From the NCBI GenBank assembly GCA_028534125.1, contig CM052817.1:15254001-15318000 (forward strand): a stretch of 64,000 nucleotides of DNA. The letters run 5' to 3'. Below are positions 1 to 12,884 of the stretch, piece by piece; the first letter of the stretch is position 1; each line of letters starts with the position of its first letter. This stretch comes from Lama glama. Taxonomy: Eukaryota. The translations under genes were made by a program, and so were the position numbers. Below the pieces are notes generated by a model. That model did not search any database, was not told where the DNA came from, and saw only the letters and a program-made list of their open reading frames with translations.

Positions 1-365
1 ATCAACTCTTAACTGATCTGGGGGAAGAGAAATATCCAACTCCAGCCCACTCTAGCATCCTGTCCCACCTAAGGTTGGGTGGTTGGGATGGGTACTGAGA
101 AGCATGTGTGAAGTTCACAGTCCAGAGATAACAGGATCACTGAAAGGCTGAGACTAAATCAGGGCTATCGGATACTTCCCCTCCCTCCACACCTCATCGC
201 CACATTACTAAAGGCCCATTTACCACAGACCTTTTTACCTGGTACACCATATTTGCTTATCATGAAAAAATTACAAGGCATACTAAAATTCAAAAAAACA
301 CTGTCTAAAGAAATAGAGCAAGTATCAGAATCAGACTCAGATATATCTATCAGAGATGTTGGAAT
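1..365 (+). mobile_element. Old L1 (L1MC/L1MD-type) 5'UTR/ORF1-start fragment
   Basis: AAATTACAAGGCATACTAAA...GAGCAAGTATCAGAATCAGACTCAGATAT...GATGTTGGAAT resembles the L1M 5' region and matches the reverse complement of ~42225-42400 in this window. Confidence 0.7.
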
Positions 366-369
366 GTAT

Positions 370-510
370 GAGGCCCTAGGCACTAACCCATGTATATCTT
401 ACATCATCCTCACAACCTCAAGAACTAGGTATGATTTTAGCCACTTTATAGATGAAGAGCTGAGGCTTTGAGTGCTTAAGTAAGCCTTTCAAGGTCCCAC
501 AGTTCCTCAG
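370..510 (-). mobile_element. MIR SINE fragment
   Basis: ATCCTCACAAC...CCACTTTATAGATGAAGAGCTGAGGCT...AAGGTCCCACAG is the reverse MIR core. Confidence 0.75.
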
Positions 511-582
511 AGCAGGTGTTGAGATCATCACAGTATCTTGTGGTCCAGTAAGTCTTTGTAATGATGTTTACCTCTTACAGTT

Positions 583-790
583 ATGCTGTCCAATATGGTA
601 GCCACTAGACATTGATGACTATTTACATATTTAAATGTATATTGTATAAAGTTAAAGATTCATTTCTTCAGTTGCGTGAAGCAGGATTCATGAGCTCAAG
701 AGCCAGGTGAGGCTAGTGGCTATCATATTGGACTGAACAAAGACAGAATCATTGCATGGTTGCAGAGAATTCTACTGGGCAGCACCTGCT
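583..790 (-). mobile_element. MER3-like hAT-Charlie MITE
   Basis: GCTGTCCAATATGGTAGCCACTAG and its internal inverted copy GGCTAGTGGCTATCATATTGGAC; similar to 62760-62987. Confidence 0.8.
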
Positions 791-1544
791 AGAGTGTTAG
801 CATTCCAGGAAAAAAAAAAACAGCTTCCTTCCCACACAAGTTGGAAAGCATCTGTTTGTGCAGGAGATCAGCTTCTATATCCTACCTCCTTCCTGCATCC
901 AAGTTGAAGCCATTGACCCAGTGTCTTCTCTTCTTAGTATACCTGGAAACCTCCTGGAGGGGGATGTGGCTCTTACTAGTAATTTCCCAGTGTCCCAAGA
1001 ATGCCCAGAGGATGCCTTCCTGTATAAACAAGAAAAGCAGCCCATGCAGCCCAGGTTTCAATCTGTCTTCTCCTTCAGCAGTGACTTAGAGTGGAGGCAT
1101 TCTGCTTTTCATTCTTGTCTCAAAATTCTTTCCTGTTAGTCTTGTAAAAATGAAGCTTATCCAGTTTACATCTGCCCTTCAAGTGCTTATATTTGGTTGA
1201 GTTTTTTATTATTATTATTACATTTCTAATTTGATCGGGGACTAATGTCAGAACTTCTTTCCACAGCTCCGGTATATACTTCTCATAAATGCACGTCACC
1301 CACATCTGATGACTGAGACAAGGGTGCGCCCTCTTGGATAATGCAGATGGAGGTTGCTTGTGCCGTTGTTAGCGTACAAGGCTTTCCTTTAAGGAGAAGG
1401 CGGTTTGTAAGTCAGAGCTTGTGTAAACCTAGGGCTTATTTAGATATTTGATGGAATTCTGAAATGCTCTCTGGCTGTCTGAATGAAAGCCTCTCTCCAC
1501 AGAGCTGTGAGGGCTATGAGTAGAAGGAAGAAAAACCATATGCG

Positions 1545-1546
<2 letters not shown>

Positions 1547-1588
<42 letters not shown>
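1547..1588. repeat. (GT)21 microsatellite
   Basis: Perfect GT run. Confidence 0.98.
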
Positions 1589-1594
<6 letters not shown>

Positions 1595-4059
1595 TCACGT
1601 CTCCAAGATCCAGGAAATAGGAAGGAAACAGTCAGGTAGCAAGAAGCCAGGTGCCCCACTCCTTTTCACTGTGGTTATGGTTGTTCTTGCTTTTCACATT
1701 TCTTTTTAAGCAACTTTGTGGCCCAAAGGCTGTGTGCTCACACTGGGCATAGTTAGCACAGTGGAGAGTGGTTGGTATTTTAAAGGGCCTTCCCTGTTAA
1801 GAGAAATAGGAGGAGTGAATACGATGGGTGAACTTGAGGGATGCTACCGAAATGCCCTCCAAAGGTGAAAACGTTCCAACCCAGCTCGCTTGCCGCACCT
1901 ATCTTTAGGGCTCAGCTGAGCTACTCAGATTTCCCTGACACGATAGTCAAACACGAAGTGATTATAAGCAAAGGAGAAACAACAACAACCAAAAAGGTGA
2001 ATTGCCTCAAGGAACTTAAATGGAACAATGAAGAAAGTCTCAAATATCATATCATAGACCTTGGTTTCTGAATGCCCTTAAAGCACCAGTTACCTGAGAG
2101 AAGAGACAGGAACCCAAGATGTTCTTATTAACAACTTGCAGAAAAGCTCAGACCCCTTTATAAATGTTCAGTTCATTCAGGGCTCTCACTCAGAGATGGA
2201 GTCCTGTGTGATCCTCTCCCTTGCAATCCTGAAGAAGACCTGATTTGGAAACATCACAATAAAACTAACTCGAATTCCCAAAGCACAAAATGCAGAAGCA
2301 GACATTTATTTCTTCTTCAATATAGTGGAGATTTCCTATAAATTTAACTTCTGAGTAGAAAACTTCTTACATTGGAAAATTTCAGCAATGAAATTTCAGT
2401 AATAAGCCAAATGCAGGTCTGCTTGAGGTCGAATGAAATTTAGATGAAAAGTCCAGGATTATCAAAAAGAATGAGGGAACTTCAAGTTTCTGTACATTCA
2501 AGGTCAACGGGTTGGATTCTTTCATTTTTGATTTTTATGGCAGCACATAATTTCTGTTCCTAGTTGGCTCCCTCGCTTTTTTTTTGAGCAATAAATTTTG
2601 GGTTACGATAGTAAACCTCACTTGCAATGTAGCCTGGACATCGCCCTATCTGAATATTTCTGTAGCACCTATCACTTTAGCATGCCAGGGATTATGTCCT
2701 TTTTCAGAAAATAACGACAAATGTAGCCTGATCATTTGATCTTCTGGTAACAGTTTATAGCAGGATGGTATTATTCTGGTTAGCTGTTGAGAAACTGAGG
2801 CATAAAGAAATAGATTGATACTAAACTGTTGCCATTGAACGTGTCCTCCTCTGAAATGGGCTAGAGTGCTCATTAGGCACCACCTTCCCCACGTATTTTC
2901 TCATTTAGTTCATAGCGCACACCCTTGGTGCCCGTTGTTAGAAAGTCACTCTAGTTCTGCCCCAGTTCCTCTCCGCACTGCTGCCTTGACTTCCGAAGCC
3001 ATTACTCTCCCTTTCTCACTCACTCTTTTCAATGGACTGTGAATGATTTAAGGGCAGAGACAGCGCTTCAAACTTGTGTTTCTCTGTCCCAGTGCCTAAC
3101 ATACACACTAGAACGCCGTCCAATCCAAAGGACAAGTGTGACGAGAGGTGCCCACTGGACCAGTTGCTGGAGGCCTCTTAAGGGGCCTCACTTGTTCTGC
3201 GCCTTTACAAAGGAGTGGGCAGGGGCCGGGGGGTGTTGAGGGAAACCAGAAAGAATCCTCATCCTGCAAGGCTTCCCGAGATGGATAGTTGTCTCCATCT
3301 TTTCTCTTGTGGGAGACTTACCCTTTAATCATTCCATATTGAATAAAAGGAAGGACTCTACAGAAGGGATTTATGGCTGAAAGCTTCCTTAATTATAGGC
3401 TAGTATAATAAGTCCTTCCACTACCTTAATGATTGGGGAATTAAGGAGCTCCTTAATAGAAATTGACAGGATCCATTGTCATTGCGAAGAAGGTTCTGTT
3501 ATGGTCTGGAGTACCCTGCCAACCATCCCAGGATTTAGGGTTCCCCAAAGGCTCATTAACATCTCAGACCATAAGGTCTCCAAAGGAGGCACTAATGGTC
3601 CACCTCGTTATGATCTGAGGATAATGACTGCATGACATCCGTATCTATTCAGATGATAATGGCTCTGTAAAAACTGTTATGATGTCAGCAGAAGAAAAAA
3701 AATCTCATTTGTACTTTATAATTTCTGGTTTCTAATATACCATAGTATCTAAATTATAGTAGAATTATTTTACAAATCTGGCTTAATAGAGGCAATGCTT
3801 ATGATGCTCTGGAAAAAAAAATCAAAATCCTCTCTTAAAACAGCTGTTATCACCCTTATATTATTGTATAAATGAAGGGTAAGATTAGTAATGCTCTCAT
3901 AGTACTGAAATACTTATGAGTAATGGAATAAAAAACAAAGACTTAAATTCCCCTAATTTACATATTCATTTACTCCTGGGAATGAAAACAGTTCTGTTTT
4001 TAGAACATCCCAAAACAGCAGAGAGAAAAGCCCAGAGTAATAATAGTACTAATAGGAGT

Positions 4060-4290
4060 GATTGTCAACCCATACTGAGCACTCATTGTGCATCGTGTTC
4101 AATGCTAAGTAATTTTCCTGCAGCATCTCCTTTAGCCCTTGCAGAAACATCTCTGAGATGGGCATCCCCATCACCCTCACTGTACAGATGAGAAAGGTAC
4201 ACAGTGGTTCAGGATGAGGTCTAGATCATCCAGATGGTCCACAGTCAAGATAGAATTTGAACTCATTCAGCCTGACTTCAGAGTTGTGCC
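4060..4290 (-). mobile_element. MIR SINE
   Basis: TACTGAGCACTCATTGTGC...TGTACAGATGAGAAA...ATTTGAACTCATTCAGCCTGACTTCAGAG. Confidence 0.7.
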
Positions 4291-4309
4291 ATGATTATCA
4301 GGATTGTGT

Positions 4310-4450
4310 ACTAGGAAGAGTCACAGACTTCTGACTCAGGAGAAGTGGACTCATGCTTGGCCATGAACTAACTGTGTGACTTGGGGCACATTATTTCACC
4401 CCTCAAGGCTTGTGGGCTAGTAAATCTTGGAAGCATTTCTCAGTTCCAAC
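4310..4450 (+). mobile_element. MIR/MIR3 fragment
   Basis: CTAACTGTGTGACTTGGGGCACATTATTTCACCCCTC core. Confidence 0.55.
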
Positions 4451-6087
4451 TTTTATTGACAAGGACGTCACAATATCAGAGCTGAAATCAGAATTTTCAC
4501 ATCATTCACACAATAGCTACTGGTATTCATTGGCAGTATTACCATTGTCTTTCCCATTATAACCTATTTTAGCTGAGCAGTCTTTGCCTTTGGTGCCAAA
4601 TTGTGGATTTTAACATAACCTCACTGTTTATAGGAAGCATATGGGAAGAACCCTCCTCCGTTGTTGTTTAACTCTGTAAAGTGTACAACAGACCATTTTC
4701 CCAATCAATTGCTATTTGAGTCTAAACAAGGGAAAAATGGAGATGAGAGTAAACAGAAATCTATTAGTCCGTGCTCATATACTAGTATTGCCTGTTTATA
4801 GCTCTAAGCACTTCCCTGTGTATAAACATAAGAAAGCAAATTAACATTTTAAAGAGATTTCTCTATTGGGTTTATATTTAATAACAAACCAGCAGAAAAG
4901 GGGGAATCTTACAATTAAAAAAAAGTCTGCAGAGGTTCTTTCAGCCATAAGCTTAGCTATTTGTCAGAGCTCAAGCTGCGATGCTCACATCCTTCCACTA
5001 GAGGGCTGAATTGTTCATAATGAAAAGACCTCCGTGTTTGGGGAGGGGACAGCAGAGGACTGATAACTTCCAATGATATTGGGGGCTCCAAAAATATACT
5101 TGGAGTGGCTTTTACCATAACAGCCATGCTCGCTGAAACTAGCTATAGGATAGAGTTCTTGAAAAGAGATTTTAAGCATCAAGGCCTAATGGAAATACAA
5201 TTTATTTTGACACAAAAATACTTAGGCCATGGATGGAAAGACTTTGACCATTATATACCCAAGATGCAGCAAAAGAAGATAACTTGGCTGCATTGTGGCG
5301 TGTGACGCTGGGGACTGCTGGCGGACTGGATGGTAATTCTGATGTCTGGGGAGAATATCTGAATATCTGAGAATGTCTGAGAACCTCAAAACACTTGCGG
5401 CTTCTACAATAGTTTTGCAGCCAAAGAGTTGCTACAATTTTTACATGAAACATGATTCATTAGGAAAACAATAAGCCCAGGAATATAGTCCAAGACACTC
5501 TGTTTTTGAAGGGGAGGGGATGCACTGATGTAAAATTTGTACCCTATCTGCTCTCCAGAGACATTGGGCCTCTGACTGTGGCAGGCAAATTGTTGAAGAA
5601 ACCGAAAGGTCATCAGCTAAAGGATTGGTTATAAATGTATATTAGTGTGTCCTGACAGCCGCTGTTTAAAAAATAGAAGCCAAAAAACCAGTGTCTAGTG
5701 TTCTAGCAAGAGTAGAAACGCTTTAAACAAATTTCAAGGTATTTCCAGTCCAGTGTTGTACTTTGGCTTTATGTGCACAGAATGCAGACGTCCTTTGACA
5801 TTCTGCTGTTGAAAGAGACGCAAAGATTTAAAAATTAACTGTAAGAAGGCAGTTCAAAGGAAGCATATTATTAAAAGAAAAAAATAGGAACAGTTCAAAT
5901 GTTGAGTCTGTTCTCTAGTAGTTTCCAAATTTCACAAGCTTTTCTAAGGATCCTTTCCTAAGGAAACCTCACATGGAACTCTCCATCAATACACAGTCCT
6001 TTCTGTTAGTGGCATGCGGCAGTTTCTGATACATAAAGAAATATTAGCTGGCACTTGGGATAGCTTTTAAATTAGTGACACACATGC

Positions 6088-6746
6088 AAGAGTGAATCCT
6101 CGTGATTCACAGATTTTGTATTTATGAGTGCATCAACTTGTTAAAATGTAGTTGAAACCCCATCATCAATACTCATGGCATATTTTGGGTCATTCACAAA
6201 CATTTCTCACAGAGTGGTGAAAACTGGAGTTGCCCATGTTTGAGCTAAGTCTCACATGGTGAGGCGCTGCTTCCTTGTCTCAGCTCTCCTGCTATAAATG
6301 TGTCCTCTCTGTGGTCCATGTAGCGCCACAGGTTTCACACTACTGTGTTTGTTTGTTATTTTTTTTTTTTTGGTGATTTCACCTTTTAAAATGACCCCCG
6401 AGCATAGTGCCGTCTAGTGCTCCTCAGTGCAAGGAGGCTGTGCTGGCCCTTAAGGAGAAAGCACATGTCTCAGCTAAGCTTCAATTCAGTCAGGAGGAGC
6501 TACAGTGCAGTCGGCTGTGAGTTCAATGTTAATGAATCAACAACCTTATGAAATAAGGAATTTTTAAATAGAAATGCACAGGAAACATGGTCATGTATGG
6601 ATGGGTGGACAAAAATATTGTGACCAGAGTCTCATAGGAACCTAACCTCATGTATGTCTCCTAGGAGCAGTGGTTCAGTATTCATCACTTCAGTTTTTGT
6701 GGAGATTTTATAGAACACAGTTACTGGGAGAAATGAGACTCACTTG
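6088..6746 (+). mobile_element. MER82-like TcMar-Tigger DNA transposon, near full length
   Basis: GTGAGTTCAATGTTAATGAATCAACAA, TTGTGACCAGAG...GGAACCTAACC and CTAGGAGCAGTGGTTCAGTATTC match the remembered MER82 consensus; degenerate terminal inverted repeats. Confidence 0.8.
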
Positions 6747-7124
6747 AAGAGCAGGGCGTAGGGGAGGGTGAACAGAGAACAGAGGAAAGAATCATACATG
6801 TGAATATTAAACTGTTATTAAAATGTCTTTTGTTTTGGGATATTCATCACTGCTGACAAAGGCATTTATTCTAATTTTTGCATTCAAATCAACTTCAATT
6901 GAAGTAGATCAAATAACATGACAACTATATGAGAAGAAAAAAACAACGTGACAACAAAGGCTGGTTTGAAATCAGTAACAGCAGTTTAGTGTCTATTTCG
7001 TAGCTGGCTGTGAAGGAATTCCCTTCAATATGAGTTGTGAAATGTCAGAATGGAGAAGAGAGAAGCTGAAACACATCAGCAATTATCAAAAAATGGCGAT
7101 GTGGAATAATAAGCATGCGTCTGC

Positions 7125-7320
7125 CAATCGTGCAGACTTAGGCTCTAGACTGACCTGGTTCCATCCCAGCTCTGCCAGCTACTACAGATGTGATCCTGGG
7201 GGATTTATATAAAATCTTTAGCCTCAGTTTATTCATAGGAAAAATGGAAATAACAGTATCCTATTTGTGTAGTTTCTGTGAAGTTTATTTAATCTATGTA
7301 ACATACTTAGCATATTGATC
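7125..7320 (+). mobile_element. MIR SINE
   Basis: CTGGTTCCATCCCAGCTCTGCCAGCTACTA...GCCTCAGTTTATTCATAGGAAAAATGGAAATAACAGTA. Confidence 0.8.
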
Positions 7321-7369
7321 ATTTTATCTATGAGCTTTTTCCCCTTTATTCCTTTTTCCTAATGTAGGA

Positions 7370-7371
<2 letters not shown>

Positions 7372-7406
<35 letters not shown>
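7372..7406. repeat. (TG)n microsatellite
   Basis: Perfect TG run of about 17 units. Confidence 0.98.
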
Positions 7407-7407
<1 letters not shown>

Positions 7408-7989
7408 TCACATTTGAAGGAGAATGAGACCGTGATTCAAAACTTCTGATTTAGGATAAGTCATCTCTGGCATCTGGCCTCACCCAGGTCTGCAGCAATT
7501 TCCTGCAGCTCCTGTGTGGGTCCTTTGTCAGCCCCATATCCACGTCCTACAATAGCTATCTGGAACTGTCTCCAATTTTTCATGCTTCTCCCCAACCACA
7601 TTCTCTGTTCCTCTGTATAGATGGCCTGAATGCCTACTTCAGGGAAAATAAAGGTTTTTGGAACAGAATTCCCTTAGCCTCCACCCTTATCTTCTATGAC
7701 CAAATTCTCTGCATTCAATATATATCTTTTACTAGGTTCTGGCCAATTTATGAGACGGTATGCTAAGTGCTTCAAATATTTATCTTATTTAATCCACATA
7801 ACAGTTCTTTATAGTAGTAATGACCTTTGCTACTCCAAGTGTGCTGAATTGAGGAAGATTCTAGGCTAAATCGGGACACGATGTGAACGAAGTCTGGGAT
7901 AAATTACTCTATGTGCTGTGGGCACAAGAATAGGTTTTGGTGATCCTTTTGCGAGATGTTTGGCATCTCTATTCTTGCCAATTTTTCGG

Positions 7990-9620
7990 TCTCCTAATGG
8001 AACTCTTCTCTCTGCCGGTCTGTTAAACGTTGGCATTCACCGTGTTACATACTAACCACATGTGTTTTCTCTGTACGTTTTCCCCAAAGTTGGCTGCAAT
8101 CATTCCTAAGGCATCACTTCTTTGTATGAGGACAGCTTCTATTTCTACATCTCTGGACCTAGCTTCTTTTTCCTCTTAGGCCAGATCTGTAATTCCATGT
8201 GGATTTTCCACTGGCATATGACTCAGCATATCCAAACTGCATTCACCTTTTGACTTTCTGAACTTACCTTTCTCTCTGTGCCCACCACCTCAGTTACATC
8301 AGTTGACTCAGTCACCAGTACCAGATGCCTGGAGTCGTTCTCAAATTCTAGCTCTCCCATGACCCTGCGTAGTCAATTACTCAAAAAGTCCTGTCAATTT
8401 GACCCACACAGTATCTCTGAGATCCGTCCTCTCTCTTCTTTTTCTCTACATTAACTTAGTTTGGATTCATATCATTTCCTACCTGGATTACTGCCACAGG
8501 ATCCTAATGGGTCTCCCAGCTTTTTATCTTGATCCTTGTAATCCATTTTCCCCTGTGCTATCAAGTGTGAATCTTTCTGAAACAGAAATCTGATCATATC
8601 ACTGCTTTGCTTAACTTCCCGCAATGCCTCTTTATTCTTCTTGCCTTTTGGAGTATCTCCTTGGCTTAGCCCACAAAAGTCTTTCTGGCCGGGCCCTTGC
8701 CTGCCTCTCCAGGCTTCCTTCTCATCATTCGACCATTGTTCTCATGCTTTTATTCTAAACACTTAACCACTTTCAGTTCCTTGAACATAACGTACCATCT
8801 CTTGCCTCCAAGACTTTGTTTTGTAAATCCCTCTTCCTAGAACCCTCCATCTTTTTCTTGTCTAGCTAACCTCTTTCTACTTTCAAGAATCCAACTTAAA
8901 TTCCACCTATACCAAGAACTCCTCTTTGGACAAAACCCCTTACAATCTGTATTAAGTATTTCCATAATATCCCACTCTTAACTTTCTTATAGCACTTGAT
9001 GCTTTGTTTTGTAATGGCCTGTTTGCTGGTCTGTCCCCTTCTTTGTTTGAGGTTCACTCAGAAACAAACCCTGATACAACAACTTGAGTACAAATAGTTT
9101 ATTATGAAGCTGAGTCCAGGTAACTCTGGTAGGGGAACAGAGAAATGAGTCAGTGGAGGGAAGAAACCCAATCAAGTGTGCACCTTTGTGCAAGTTACCA
9201 TTTTGGCAACTGCAACGTAAAGTAGCTGAGGAACTCTGGGAATCAGCATCAGATTTATGTCTCAGAGTGGTTTCGCCTGGAGGGTGAGGGAGCTGGGTTA
9301 ATTTGTACATCAGTACCCACTTGTCACAGGTTTGAAGGGCAGTTGCTAATGGCGTGAGGATGTTGGTGGGTAGGAGGGAATACCTGGGCACCATTAGTCT
9401 GCTGTGTACACAAGCCCTTACAAAAAGAAGAAGAGCCTGTGAGTTAGAGTCAAGCTGGTGTGCACAGAAATGCAAGGCCCTAGGGCACATGGACAGAAAC
9501 TGGCAGCCCAAGCAATGGTGTCACCCGATTATACGATAATCTACTTATTGAACTGAATGCTTAATGTTACAGCATTAACTTCTCTAATATAGCACATGTA
9601 GTAAAACTTAAGTAAATGCT
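7990..9620 (+). mobile_element. L2 LINE 3' region, interrupted by an LTR16-like LTR
   Basis: TCCTACCTGGATTACTGCCACAGGATCCTAATGGGTCTCCC and TCTGATCATATCACTGCTTTGCTT are L2 ORF2/3'UTR hallmarks; the 3' tail resumes at ~9540. Confidence 0.8.
9040..9525 (-). mobile_element. ERVL solo LTR, LTR16-family-like
   Basis: CAGAAACAAACCCTGATACAAC...TGAGTACAAATAGTTTATT and GAGGGTGAGGGAGCTGGG resemble reverse-strand LTR16; AATAAA on the minus strand. Confidence 0.7.
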
Positions 9621-9713
9621 GCGACCCAGACTTGTCTGACTTTAAATTCTGAACTCCTTTGCCCACACCAGACAGCCTACCTATCCCAACATTAATAGGA
9701 AAGAGGATGAATA

Positions 9714-9916
9714 TGCAGACACAAACTATTATATATAAAATAAACAACGAGGTCCTACTGCATAGCATAGGGAACTACATTCAATACCTTGTAATGCCTA
9801 TAATGAAAAAGAATATAAAAAGGAATATATATGTATAACTGAATCACTATGATGTACACCAGAAATTAACACAACATTGTAAATCAACTATACTTCAACT
9901 AAAAAAAGAAAAAAAA
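9714..9916 (+). mobile_element. 5'-truncated artiodactyl/camelid L1 3' end with A tail
   Basis: GTCCTACTGCATAGCATAGGGAACTAC...GTACACCAGAAATTAACACAACATTGTAAATCAACTATACTTCAA followed by an A-rich tail. Confidence 0.9.
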
Positions 9917-10319
9917 TACCAAAACAGACAAAATAAAACAAATGAAAAGACAGTAAAGGTAAACTCAGTATATAAAACATGTACACTGGGGGTTTTAGGG
10001 ATGCTAAAATGTGCTTAGAAAACTTCAGTTCAACTTAATTATGTGCAAGGAACTAGGTTCTTTCCTGTGGAATGACAGGGATTGAGAGGTGGTGTCATCT
10101 TTCAGTATCTCACCATCATCTACGCATGTTTGTATTTGTATATATGAGTAGGTGAGTGTGTGCGGTGGTCTAGTGGGCAGACAACGCCACTGGAGGAAAA
10201 TTTTCAAGAGAAGAGTGCCCACTCCACCAACCCATTATTTAAAAAAATCTTTCAATGCTTCACCACATCCATGAACGCTTTTCTGGGATGAAATTGTTTA
10301 TCAGGGATAAACCATAGAA

Positions 10320-10500
10320 TAGTGAAATGAGCAATCAATCAGTGTCAAAAGCCATGGATTCTATGCCTGACTTTGCATCAAGTTTGATGCATGACTTTGG
10401 ATTGGTGCTGATTTTCCTGGTCTCAGTCTCCTTATCTGTGGAAGGGAGTGATGGTAAAGGGACGTTATTATTTGAGAAGCTCTAAGGCTCCTTCCAGGTA
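10320..10500 (+). mobile_element. MIR3/MIR fragment
   Basis: GTCTCAGTCTCCTTATCTGT...CTCTAAGGCTCCTTCCAG. Confidence 0.55.
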
Positions 10501-11649
10501 TTTATCTGCCCCGCCATGCCTTAAAACAAGCTGTGAGCCAGGCAGCCTCAAATGAGTATTTTTTCATTTCTTTTTTTCCAAATGAGTTTTCTGACAGTTT
10601 AGTATTTACTTTTTCAAAGGATCTTTGCATTTTCCTTGTAATGATTAAAAGTAACTCATTGATATTCCAAACAGGGCATTTGTTAAGCTTTTATTTCACA
10701 ATATGACCCCTTGCACATTAATAGTCAGAAAACTAAGACTTAAATAAATAGAAATTACTGTTTGTCCCAAGGATTAAAGGAGAACAAGTTTGTTATTGTC
10801 AAATAGTTTTCACAAAGAATATTAGAAGGCCAAGCATAGGATATATAATAGAACAGAACAAATTCAATTTTCCAAATTAAGGCCTCAGAAGGGAAAGCTT
10901 TATATATAAATAATATACATTTTTAAAGTGCATATATTAATTAATAATTAATTAGGTATATATTTATATAGTGTATAAAGTTTTAAAATAAAAGAATACA
11001 CATATATGTAGATAAATATAGCCCAAAGTATGAATATTTGGGGACTCAAACATGGCATCTTGTATTTGTCTGGTTAATTTCAGACCATAGAATACTAATA
11101 AATATCTAGTAGACTCACAAAAATTATTATTGATTATTGATTGTTTTTTTCTAATGTTAAGTCCCCCCCCAAAAACCCTTTCTGTAATAAGTTCACAACC
11201 TTTCTTTCTCAGAAATGCTCAATAACTATTATATTTTAATTCTAGGGGGAGGTCCCAGCTAGAGGTCTACATGTGTTTCTGTCTGATAAATTGATGTGTA
11301 GGGTCCATCATCAGAAGCTAATATATATTTTGGTTTCTTTGGCACAGAGAGCCCTGCCTGGGAGAAAGAAAGATTAGGAGAACATAAAAATAGCTACTGA
11401 GGCACTAATTTCTGCCTTGGGCCCCAGAATTCTATTTAAGCCCTAGAAGAGAAGAAATATAGAAAGAAATCCAAGATAATCTTTTCACATGCCACCTCCT
11501 CTATTGAGAAGATCCCCTTCCACAAAATCCCGGATCGCCTGTCTCTTGGGAAAAATTATGCATAATTCAGGTTTAAGTATTTGGGATCACTTTCCTTTCC
11601 AACTTCTGATCAGAACAGGTATTTGCATTATTCACTCTACAACTTCCCA

Positions 11650-11790
11650 CACTTCTTCATAACCCTTGTCACATTAATAATTGACTGTTAGGGACTTGTT
11701 CCATGACAGCAGCAGCCAGGCTGATCTTGTTCCCTGGTATATCCTCAGAACCCAACAGGACGCTAAATTGTGTTTGTTGAATGAATGATA
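11650..11790 (+). mobile_element. L2 3' terminus
   Basis: Ends in TGTTTGTTGAATGAATGA, the L2 tail. Confidence 0.65.
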
Positions 11791-11929
11791 AATGGTCTAA
11801 TCTCTGCCCAAAGAAGAAAGCCTACCAGGTGAATATTTAATTACTCTTTGAACATTTCAAAAGCAAGGAATTCACTAAATTGTAAATAGGCCATTTTGAC
11901 CTTGAATATTTTATAATATTAGAAAGCAA

Positions 11930-12775
11930 AGGAAAACGTAAAACAAGACCACCAGGAAATAGATTTTATAACAAATTTATTGGCAAAATTTAAAAAGTCT
12001 GATAAAACCAAGGGTCAGATAGATTGTAAATCAGCATGATCTCAAACTCATTGCCCATAAGACATATTGGAAAACAAATTGGCATTATCTCTCATGGTCC
12101 AGGAGCTCCACTCTTACATACAGACCCAAGAGAAATACTTCCACATTTACCATAAAAGGCATGTATGAGAATGACCTTATGGAGCACTATGCATAAAAGC
12201 AAAAGACTAGAAACAATCACATGCTCACTAATAGGAGAAAGAATAAATTAATTAATTAAAATATATTTATATGATGAAATATTAAACAGCAAGAAAATAA
12301 ATAAATTCAGCTACATGCAAAAATATGAGTGAATTTCAATAATGGGAAATTGAGCAAAAAAAGCCCCAGATGACAACATGCTGAATAATACCCTTTATTG
12401 TAGTTAAAATTAAGGATCTAAAGTAAACACATATAATTGAGGCATATCTATGTACATAATAATATAATTTTGAGAAACAAAAATGATAAACATAAAATCC
12501 AGGATAGTTCTTACAACACAGTGGGCAAAGCAGTCAGAGGGCATGGTGAGTGTTTTAATTCTTAGATTGGATGTCACGTTCACAGATTTTCATTATAATA
12601 CACCACAATTGGATGACTAAATGCATGCATGAATAGATAAATAAATTAACCAACAAATGAACAAACAAGAAAATAAATGAGTGAAGAACACATATATGTT
12701 AGTGATTACAATTCATAATGAACCAAGGTTTGTGATTAACACCATTTTGTGCACCTGAGGTTCATTAATAAATTA
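11930..12775 (+). mobile_element. Ancient L1ME 3' region (end of ORF2 plus 3'UTR)
   Basis: TTGGCAAAATTTAAAAAGTCTGATAA, TTGGAAAACAAATTGGCATTATCT, CAGCTACATGCAAAAATATGAGTGAATTTCA. Confidence 0.75.
12696..12764 (+). pseudogene. Degenerate SNORD112-like box C/D snoRNA copy at the L1ME 3' end
   Basis: Degenerate C box GTGATTA (12702), internal ATGAACCAAGGTTTGTGATTAA, D box CTGA (12755-12758) followed by GGTTCA, resembling the SNORD112/113/114 terminus CTGAGGTCCA (recalled from memory). Confidence 0.55.
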
Positions 12776-12884
12776 TGAGAGATCAAATTTTTTGTCTTTT
12801 TTTTTACTTTAATTGCCAAGATTTGCTTATTTTTCTGATAAAGACTAAGATCAAATACCAGTCTGATGTCTAATAATTGTCTTT

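Noticed and set aside
3322..3357. 36-nt minus-strand exon-like segment (CTGTAG acceptor, AGG|GTAAGT donor, VLPFIQYGMIKG)
   Set aside because: Short pyrimidine tract, unrecognised peptide and no partner exons; compatible with chance
8987..9511. 174-aa minus-strand ORF
   Set aside because: Lies within an LTR16-like LTR and has no recognisable protein features
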